The notes under the pieces were generated by a model that was given only the letters and a program-made list of their open reading frames with translations, did no database searches and was not told where the DNA came from. A stretch of DNA of 64,000 nt. Origin: Paramecium tetraurelia (Eukaryota). The stretch spans positions 1 to 64,000 of the forward strand of contig CT868074.1 of assembly GCA_000165425.1 (NCBI GenBank). The letters are read 5' to 3'. Below, piece by piece: positions 53,929 through 64,000 of the stretch. Positions within the stretch are counted from its first letter, which is position 1. Each line of letters opens with the position of its first letter. The position numbers and the translations under genes were made by a program.

Positions 53929-54509
53929 TAAATGATATCATTATATAATTGTAGGTGTTCTTTATTATTATTTGTGTATTTTCTAATTTAATATAATTTT
54001 TTAGTTCTATTTTATATTTCAGAGCAGCTAAACAAATGACAGAATTAGAAATTGGAACCAGAATACTACTGAGTTCTCTTTTAATTATGTTTGATAACTA
54101 ATCCCTTAAAGATTTAAATAGATAAGGTCATTTACAAAAGTATATATAATTTAAAAATAATATGAATTTAAAACTTCTTGTTAAAACTACACATATGTTC
54201 GAGCATCTAAATATATGATAATCTTCTCACATTTTGGCTTATAATTTTTGTATCCTTATATATATAGTTATAGAATTTATATTTAGGTTTTATTTATTTT
54301 AAAAACCTAAATAATGAATTCAATAACTATATTTTGAAATAGCTAGGTCAACTGATATACAAGACTTCCCAATTAGTATATTGATAATTAATTCCTAATC
54401 ATTAGTAAAAAAAAATGGTAAGAAATATCTTCAAATTTGTATTATATATTTCGAAATATTTAAAGATTCTCTAAAATTAATATTATAAATTATTAAACTA
54501 AAAATCAAA

Positions 54510-55041
54510 ATGTTTGATTTTAATTTATTTGTTTATTAGGTTTTTATATTATTGATTTGCGTGAATAGCTAGTGTACAGGAATAACAAATCAACAAGAAT
54601 GCAATACAAATGAGAAATGTGAATGGAATTATTGGAAACCCTCTTTATGTCAGACCATGTGCAGTTCATTAACTAATTAATAAAGTTGTAATGAAGCAGG
54701 AGATTGTAAATGGCTTGCAGATTCATCTTCTTGCTTTATTAAAAAGTGCTAAGAAGAAAACTCCGAGGCCACCTGCCATCTAATTGTAATTTGACTAATT
54801 AATTAAGGTTGCTTGCTATTGGTACAATGGGCAATGTTGGGATTCATCATGCATTTAATTATAAGCTGAAGAAAGGGGAAAGTGCCCAGTGGCTTATTGC
54901 ATATGGTAGGAAAAAAGAAAGCTGTGCTATGATAAGAAATGCTCAGATTACACTAACGAATATGATTGCTAATAAATGTCATTTTGCTCTTGGTTTAAAT
55001 ACAAATGTATAGATAATGGTTAGAAGAAACTTGATTTTTGA
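54510..55041 (+). CDS. Small secreted Cys-rich (PSI/mini-antigen-like) protein, 169 aa
   Basis: Signal peptide, then five C..C..C.W..C units (CTGITNQQECNTNEKCEW..). One 22-nt intron; no hydrophobic GPI tail. Confidence 0.8.
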
Positions 55042-55459
55042 TAAAACTTTATAAAACCTTAAATTATGTCTTAGTATTATAGCGAAAGAAGAAATAAATG
55101 GCTCTAATTTTAGTTATATATGATTAAATCTTTGAAATATCTTTCAAACAATTATTTTTCTTGTAATTAAGATTATAAGTTATTTACATTACAATTATTT
55201 AGAAATAATAATAAAAAACTAAATATGAACTTTAAAACTAATCTTATTTCACATTTTTCAAAACACCTCTCATTTAAATAGAATTGAATTGCTTTAACAA
55301 TAAATCAAATGTTGAATTTATTATTTTGGTATTTTTCAATGATCCGATTACTTCAATTATAATTTATGCATTTAATATAAATAAATATTCCATACAGATT
55401 TTTAGATGAAAGATATATATGGTTTTATTAACTTATTAATAGAAAATTGTTAAAATAAT

Positions 55460-56390
55460 TAATATAAATGACAAAAATCACTTAAACTCCTTGATTATTT
55501 GTATTTGCAACATAAAATTGTCATCACAATCCTTGGAGTCATTATTGAGTTGTTATTTGCATTAGATACAAAATTATCTTGCTTAAGATTTATGAGAATC
55601 TCAAATAATTAATAAATTAAAAGTAACAGAATTGAGCCAGTTTTAATTGACTGAATTGAAGTAGTAAGAATTAGTTTAATAAGGCAAGTAAATCAAAATT
55701 GAATTACAATAAAATCAGAATTTATTGAAAACTCTTTACACCTAAAACTAGTATTTGTAGATTAGTATTTCTTATTATATATAGAGGTAAAATACTTAAT
55801 TATGTAATTCATTCCATAATAAACGACAAATATAATAAATTTAAACTATCGTTTTAATGTTGACTTTTTCAATAGTAAAATCATTATTACTACAAGTATC
55901 ATTTAGTAGAATCAAATCATTTTAATTCTTTGATGCTTTCGGGTATATTAAATTATTAAAAGGTGAATATTTAGGAGGGATGTGAAGATTAGGGTAGGAA
56001 ATTTCAATTAAATAATTTTGAAAAAGCTCTAAATTACTTTAATAAAGCTATTGATATAAACCCAAATGTCTCTTGTAATTCCTATCTCAAAAGTTTAATA
56101 AATAAATAATTATAGATAATTTGGATATTTAAATTACAAAAATATTTCGGAAGCCTTGATAGGATAGAGAAAGGTCTTCAATTAAAATCTAATATAACCT
56201 ATATTTAAATATTAAGAGTAGGAATATTTTAATTAATTAGATGTAATCCTAATGGCCCTAATATTTGACTTTTACTTATTAAAACTAAACAGAATCCCAG
56301 AGGTAAGATATTAAACCAATAAAATAAATGAATTAACAATCACCATATTAAATTGATTATATCTATAATATGAAGTTATATTGAACTAAA
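55460..56390 (+). pseudogene. Decayed TPR gene
   Basis: NNFEKALNYFNKAIDINPN TPR repeat and introns at 56093-56115 and 56218-56240, with frameshifts and in-frame TGA. Confidence 0.6.
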
Positions 56391-56537
56391 CTTTAGCTAA
56401 TATCATTTATTCTTTCTTTTTCAAGTTATATTTTGCGTTAAGCAAGTTTGTATCTTTAAAATTAATTTAATTTTGAATTGAGAAAATAATATGATAAAGT
56501 AATATGATAATATATACAATTAAAATATCAACATAAT

Positions 56538-59414
56538 TCAGTAATTATATCCTTTGAATTGTAATAATGTTTCTAACACTACTTTCAATTCAATTGGATT
56601 AACAGGTTTTGGAAGAAATGTATTGATTCCCAATTTAGAACCTTTAATATAATTTTCTTAAGTATCATAAGCAGAGCAAATAACTATTGTAGATTAGTTT
56701 TATGTCAGTTTTAGAATCTAGATAAATTGAATAAGTTTACTTGTTTGCTTGCTTAAAATCCATCCATCCCAGGCATTTCAATATCCATAAAAATTACTTG
56801 GTATGTTTAACAATGCTGCTGTAATTTTTGTTTAACTTTTTCGATTGCTTGAAATCCATCAAAAACTGAATCAGCTTCAAGATTATAATGCTTAAGCATC
56901 ATTTTTAAAGCAATTTAATTAAATGGTATATCATCTACAACTAAAACGTGAGAGCACTTTTAGCAAATTAATTTTTATTTTTAAACATTAGGTTATTCTT
57001 AATCCAATTCTTAAAAATCTTTACAAGACGAAATAAATTTATGAGGAAAATATTCATGACTAACAGGCAAGAGGATTTCTTTTTGGATTTCAAAATCATT
57101 CAATCCGGAAGTAGCTTTATAAGTTTCTGAATTTTATTCTAAATTATCTTGATCATCTTAAATTTAAGAAAAAGTGTTATTTATTTTATTCTACATTTTA
57201 TCGTTATTCTTTATTTTATTGAATGTATAAAATATTTCGGATTAATTAAACCTTCCTGTTTATTGAGTAAATAAGTTCGAGGACTATTGATACGAATTTT
57301 ATATAATTTGTAAATTTTCAACTTGAAACGAAACTGAAGTTCCTTAATGTTTTAAAGAATTAATAACTAATTTATTATCTTGGGCCTAAGTTAAACCTTG
57401 CACAAGTTTTGCTACAATGCTCAATCCTAAGCCTTTTTTCTTAATTTCAGCATTTTATTTTAAAATAGCACCAAATTCGCTGGTATCATATAAACTACTT
57501 CGAATTAAATTCAATTGGTCTTCAGCAATACCTATCCCATTATCTTTAACTTCAATATTTATGCAAAAATATTCTTTTTCTGTAATGTTTAAATGAATGC
57601 AACCTCCTTCTTTCGTAAATTTAATTGAGTTATTTAATAAATTAATTAATATCTATAATATTCTCTACTTGTCATTACGCATCATTATATCTTTTAAACT
57701 CTTTGAAATTAGAATCTTAAATTTAATTTTTTTTAATTTCATTTAACATTTATACAATTCTTCTATTTCGTTTATAATCAAATTAAATGGGAATTATGTA
57801 ATGTGATATGAAAATTGATATGATTATATGGCAGCATAATCTAAAATGTCGTTGATTTGATGAATCAATAATTGTATCGAATTCTAAGCTATTCCAAGAC
57901 AAGTCTTAAAATCTTCTTCGCTCTAAAATTGCTAGATTAGATTTAACATGTTCTAACAACTATTCAAAGGAGTTCTCAATTCATGAGAAAATGATTTGAT
58001 AAGACTATGATGAATAATTTACTCATCTCTTATCTATTAGAATTTATGTTTATGAGTAATATTTTTAATTATTATGAGAAGTACAGGATTATCAAAGTCA
58101 GTTGTTGGTTGAAAAACAACTTTACTGCTACTTTGAATTTATGATTGAGATTAAAAGTATTCTTATTATTGAACTGTCATCGAAGTTGGGATAATTATTA
58201 ATTTCAAGCTTTTTTTAAGAATTAGAAATATTAAATCCTGGTTTGATAAACCATTCATAAATAAACACCTACGACATAAAACTTAAATAATTGTCTCCGT
58301 AGCTTGAGCCTAGAACGTTCGAATATTTTTATGGCTATATCATAATATCCAATACATCAACTGCAATGTTTCTATTTGATAAAATACTTATTATTTATTT
58401 TAAAATATGATAATGTATTTATTTTTGGTGTTGCTTTGCTTGAAAACTACTCAAATCATCTATTTAATAATGTTGCATTTTCGCATTATTCACACAAGTC
58501 TTTATTTTTTCTAATACTTTTTCTGCTCCTTAACACTCTAACAGTTTTTCACATTTATTGTTCATATAACTAACTTATTAGGAGGAATTTAAAATCAAAA
58601 TTCCTTAAGGAAAAATGTTAAGCAAGTTTTAATAAAATGAACACATGGACTAGTCTGATTTTTCGAAACTTTTATTTAACTTCTGACAATTAGTCAAGTT
58701 AGAATATTGAATCAATTTTATCTCACTAGGAAGATCTCGTAAAAATATACTCATGTTGTGTTAAGGGGTAAGGTTGAGTGATACCTTACTTTACGATTGT
58801 ATTTAAGGAAATATCTATTCATTTTACGGCAGAGGAGTAGCTTCTCTTTCCTCTTTAATTGCCAATTGATATTTAGGAAGTTTTTCTTAAAAATTATTCT
58901 TAAATGAATTATAAAGCTCAGTCGTGTATTTTATGAATAATAAACCTAATATTATCAAGCTTTCCAGCTGATAGATTTTAAAATCAATAATTACTGTACA
59001 TAGCACTCTAATGATTAGATAAAATGCAATCCCCAATCTGCAAATCAAACTTTATTTACACATTGCTATTTTCAAGTACTCAATATAAGTAAAAATGATC
59101 AATAAGCAATTAGAGAGCGATTATAAATTGTGATTCATTTCCATATGTAAAAAGGATTCAAAATATATTACATAATATAACAAGGATACTATATGAATAA
59201 CAAAATTAAGCCCATATTCTTTTGAAATTAAAATTTGCTACGAGCACCTCAAAAAAACACAAGACAATTGCAGTATTAATACTAAATAATTGATTGGCTA
59301 TTTTAACCATATAGTGTTAGAAGCCCACCATATGCCTTAGACGAAATTTGCAATAAAAATCGAGTTAAGCCATAACATTTCCAAGAATTTTCTAACATTA
59401 ATTTACGGGTTCAT
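56538..59414 (-). CDS. Hybrid histidine kinase (N-terminal TM helices, HisKA, HATPase_c, receiver)
   Basis: H-box SFSHELRTPLN; N-box QILINLLNNSIKFT; G1 VKDNGIGI; G2 GLGL; receiver VLVVDD..IFMDIEMPGMDG..CSA..LPKP. Confidence 0.93.
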
Positions 59415-60533
59415 ATTGCTGTATTAAATTAAATTAAATAATATGCATAAAACACAAGTACATTACATTCTAATTCTTAAATAATTCAAAACCATGTACT
59501 ATTTTTGACATTTTTCTTTCATTCTCCAATTTCTTAGCAGATTTTCAACTATAAAAATTTTATTCAGGAAAAAACAAAATTAGAGTCGAAAATAGAAACT
59601 ACGATAGTGTCAATACTTATCAAATCTTTAGAAGCAAAAACCATCTAAATTAGAAAATCTTGTTTAAAGTATCAATATTCTGTTGATTTCTTTTCTAGAA
59701 ATGCCTTTCCGACAAAGATGAAATATATAATTACATATGTAAATTAATTTAAATACTAGGTATATAAATTTAAAAATAAAATGTCAATATTTTTATAATT
59801 GTATTGACTTTTCTATGTTTGCTAATCATCATCTAATTATGAAAATCAATTAATCTCTCCAATGAAATTCTCCTTAAGATATATTTAAGCCATAATATTA
59901 TTTCATATTATAAAAAATAAAAAAGATGATTTTAAAGACTACTCAAATAACGCTAACATGATTTCTAATTATAAAATGAAGGAAAATTATAGCTAATACT
60001 AAAAAAGTCGTGAAAATATTTTACAAGAACCTATTTATAAAAACGAGAATCAATCGAGGAACAATAATATTTTATAAAGAATTAGATTTATTTTGACCAT
60101 CTATATGATAGTTAAAGTAACTTTATCTTTCATTTCATAATTCATATATATTTAGAAAATTGTTTTTAATTAATAACAGTAATATTTTATAAATATAATT
60201 AATCATTATATGATAAAAATTATTTTATAAATTTTTTTGATTAGAATAATTATGATATAATTATCAATTTATTTTTGTTTAATTTTAAACTAATAATTAG
60301 AATATGCTTATCGATTCTAAATTTTTGAATATCATTTATACATTGAGTAATAACCATAAGATGATTTTATAAATAATAATAATCTTATTTTAGGTGTTAA
60401 AATTTGATTAGAAAAATTTACCCCGATTGTTCTAACCTTTAAACAATTTAATTACTGTTTATAATATTATTAATTAATCACATTTAACAAACAATTTATT
60501 AATATGAATTATAAAATCTGATAGTATATTATT

Positions 60534-63500
60534 TCATGATATAAATTCAAGTTTTTCTTTGTTAGAATAGTTTAATATTTTTATGTTCTATTGGATCTTC
60601 ATTAATATTTCCTTCAATTTATTTAATCGGCATGTATTCACTATCTAAATTTAAATCTGATTAAGATTTTTGCTTTTGAGCAACTTGAATCTTTTTCATT
60701 TATTTTTGTTCTTTTTCTTATTCTTCCAAAGTTTCAAAGTTCATCTTAAGCTATTTCTCCTCTCTAACTTTATCCTTCCCTTTGAAATTTGCAATTCTCA
60801 TTCTTTCCTCTGTTTTTGTTTCAACAAATTTAGTTATTCCCTTCTTTTATTTAATTTGTAATTGCTATTAATCTGATTCAATTCCTATTTTTTCTCTTCT
60901 TCTCTAATCTAAAAATTGCCTAATAAAATATATTGCTAAAATAATCAACAATAAAGCTGTGGTTGATCCTGTAAATAGTAGGCCATATATATAATTTGAA
61001 GTAAACAATATCAAGATGGCACCAATGTAAACCTAAATTTAATAGAAAATTTTACAGAGAAAACTATAATGAACAGAAATAGTTCAATAATATTGAACCA
61101 ATCAATAAGGCACGGTTTCATCCTCAAATAAAAGATAATAATGAAAAGCATAATGCAGGAAGCAAAAATTAATTAAAATATAAAGGAGTTAGAGTCAAAA
61201 TTGGCAAACAACGAGCTTAATCCGAGTATTAATAGTTTGCATTAAACGTAAACAACTAAGTAAGTGGATCTGTACTTTAAATCTAATGAATGGTCATTAA
61301 ACTAAAAGATAGGTTGCATATAGGTAGTTAATGGATAATAGATGCTTACTCCTAAAAATGCTAGTCCCATATAGATATAATGTTATTCACTTAAACATTC
61401 CACAGAATGGTCTCTCACTAAGACATAAGAAACTGAGCCAACAATATCATAGTCACAAACAAAAGCATCAATAAACGATTTCATTATTCTAAGGAATAAT
61501 CCATTTAAGATTTATATTGCTTTTGTCAAATACCATTATGGATGAGTATAACTGGCTGGTAACCCATTCAAAGTATTTTGGCCAAATGTATTTTATTTTA
61601 CATGATGAACAGCTATCCTTCCTAAAATTCCATACAACACAGAAGCAAAAAGGGATGCATAAAAGTAAAACGCATATGAATCATAAAATGCAGCTCCATC
61701 AACAACATCTTGCCCTTACACTGATGAAGCAGAATCATTACCAAACCAAGAGACATTACTGTTAAAGGTTAAAGCTGCTAAACCATATACATCATAAAAT
61801 CTTGTAGAAATAGCAATGATGTTACTTAATGTAGGTCTGAACTATTTTACAACTAACTTTTTTTTTTATTACTCTTCGTAAATATTGATTTATCTGAAGA
61901 GTTCTTCAATACCACCTTTTGCAACTTGTTTCCAGTCTCTCATCTCTAGTCTAGCTTCATTTACTCTTTAAGCCCAACCTTTTCTAACAGGCTTTTTCTT
62001 CTAATCCTCAAAGCCTCCTAAAATAGTTTTCCAGCACGCTCCTAATATTTAACAAAACACTAAGTTCAGGCATCTAAGAAAACTATAACAACACTTTTTG
62101 CAACAAGATAATTTGTTATCATATTTATGTTCTACCTCCTAAACTTTCTCTGCATATTCAAAGTTAAGTTGTTTTCTTGATTTCTTTGGGAATTTAATAC
62201 TGTTAGCCCTTTTAATCTGATTATTTTGAGAGTTTTATCCGTCATTAATTTGAAGTAACAACATGCTTTATTCATCCTACATTTCTTACTTAGTTTGTTT
62301 TCTTCCATCAAAGTTTTCTTAACAAAAAGGGTATAATTTTGGGTCAAGTACATTATTGAGAAGCAATCTATTGGTTTCTTTTAAATTACTATAGAGTGAT
62401 TTTATAGATTTAATTAAACCTGGATAAATATTACTTAATGTTAATTGCTTTAGTTATTAATATTTATCAACAGAGTTGTTTGGCAAGGCAGATTTGAGCA
62501 AATTTGCAAAATCTAATTCACTTAAACTATAAGTTTAATTTAACCATATTTATTTAGCATGAGTTGTATATTCTATGATTCCAAAATTTAAGTCTGTTAA
62601 TCTACAAAATTCCTTGAAATCATTATAACAAATTGAGGGAGGAAGTCCTTCTTCTTAATTACTAAACTCCATAAAAACCTCATGCATAAATTATGGAAAT
62701 AAATTATTATCCTGTTGTAGTGATTAATAATAATCAGTTGATGTTATTTTACTTATTGCTTTATTTGATATATCTTTTCTTTCCAAATTTCTAAATTTTT
62801 CTGTTTTTGAGGATACTAATTACTCAACATCAATATGTTATTTTTTTTAAGCTAAAATTTGAGCAGTTGGTTCTAATTCAAAGTTTAGGAGTAATCCTGT
62901 CTTTTCATTATCATCCATCAACTTGTAGACGCTTGAAAATTCTGGAATTAATTATTCCATCATTTAGCCTTATTCTTCATCCATTTTATAGATGTCTCTT
63001 AGTAAAATAATTTCATTTTCCTTATCTTTTTCTAATTATTCTATTTCTTCTAATCCACATTTACATTGAATACATTCCCAAAACATCATTAAACATTAAT
63101 TTTGTTTTTTTTCTTTTTCTTCAATCTTTTTCTATTCTATTGCCTTTGTAAATTTGTCATAATTAAGTTTTGAAACTAACTATTTATTGCATTCCAAATC
63201 TTCTCCTAAATATTCTATAGGACCAACAGGTTTGAATTCTTCGATTAAATCTTTAACTAATATTTGTTTAATTTCTTATTTTTGATTGATTTCCTTATTA
63301 TTTTTATCTTGAAGCCCAGGTTTCTGTTATTTCTTGACTCTCCTTTCCACAACATTACCAATAATCAAATATCTCATATAGATTAAAGAACATACTGCCA
63401 TATCACTATAAACATGCTCTTTATAGAAATAAGCTATCAATCCTTCGACAACAAATCGTTTTTTCCTCTCAAATTCTTCTTTATTAAGTAAAATAGAGAA

Positions 63501-64000
63501 AAAGAGAGAAGTACCAGTCACACCAAAAATGCAGATAAATAAACCACTTGCAACTGCGATTTAGGCAAAGGTTTGAAAGTTCTCTGAAGTGTTAACAAAT
63601 TCAATTGATAGCATAGGCACAATGACGCCAAATGGAAAAATAACACAACACCATAACAATGAGCTTACAAAGGAAGAGAAAAAGTTTTCATATGCTTCTG
63701 ATTGATTCTTAATATATGTTAAGACTTTATATAGTAGGAATATTAATGGTAACCCAAAAGCCAAAGCCATAAAGAAGGTTGAGAATATTTCATTTGATAT
63801 TATTGCACCAAATGGTATAAAGACCACAATCGGACATATCAAACCAGTTAGCACAGTATAATTCTATATTTTGAGGGCTTTCATTTTTTTTTCATTTTCA
63901 ATTTATTCGATTTTTTCCATGTCTAGATTTGTAATTTCAAAATCATTTTTAATTTACAATGATCTGCCCGATAAGGCTAAATTTGTTAAGAAGAATAAAA
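60534..64000 (-). CDS. Large multi-pass membrane protein with coiled-coil segments (5' end outside window)
   Basis: Long code-6 frame with TM clusters (LTGLICPIVVFIPFG..; LAALTFNSNVSW..; CLIDWFNIIELFL) and charged coils. TGA at 60534-60536. Confidence 0.75.

Noticed and set aside
59840..60180. Possible ORF in the 1.1-kb intergenic region
   Set aside because: Open frames arise easily when TGA is the only stop; there is no motif or clear start.
1..64000. Supplied standard-code ORFs as independent small genes
   Set aside because: They are fragments, alternative frames or antisense frames of longer code-6 genes, or they run through N gaps.
1..64000. Germline IESs, transposons or telomeric repeats
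   Set aside because: Long genes are uninterrupted apart from GT..AG introns. I saw no transposase or RT motifs and no C4A2/C3A3 arrays.

Overview
This is AT-rich eukaryotic DNA from a ciliate macronuclear-type assembly, almost certainly Paramecium. Genes open only if TAA/TAG are read as Gln (genetic code 6, TGA the only stop), and they carry 20-31 nt GT..AG introns, so the supplied standard-code ORF track is mostly fragments or wrong frames. Translating by hand in code 6 gives about 20 genes: a GNAT acetyltransferase, two giant Cys-rich membrane proteins, a ~2476-aa surface antigen and two mini-antigen-like genes, a secreted crystallin-fold protein, an alpha-arrestin, a Bfr1/PPI1-like protein, a CK1-like kinase, an intronless beta-lactamase-family hydrolase, a hybrid histidine kinase, a TPR protein and several 'Cys/His knuckle - coiled coil - WD40' proteins. 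There are also several decayed gene remnants and three N gaps. The most notable observations are: (1) an intronless ORF fusing a SecA-like DEAD ATPase that lacks the preprotein cross-linking domain to the knuckle-coiled coil-WD40 module; (2) a TPR gene with 12 consecutive exons of exactly 102 nt, each one repeat, separated by phase-1 introns; (3) a structured, locally GC-rich ncRNA candidate at the first gap. All calls come from manual reading; no database search or folding program was run.
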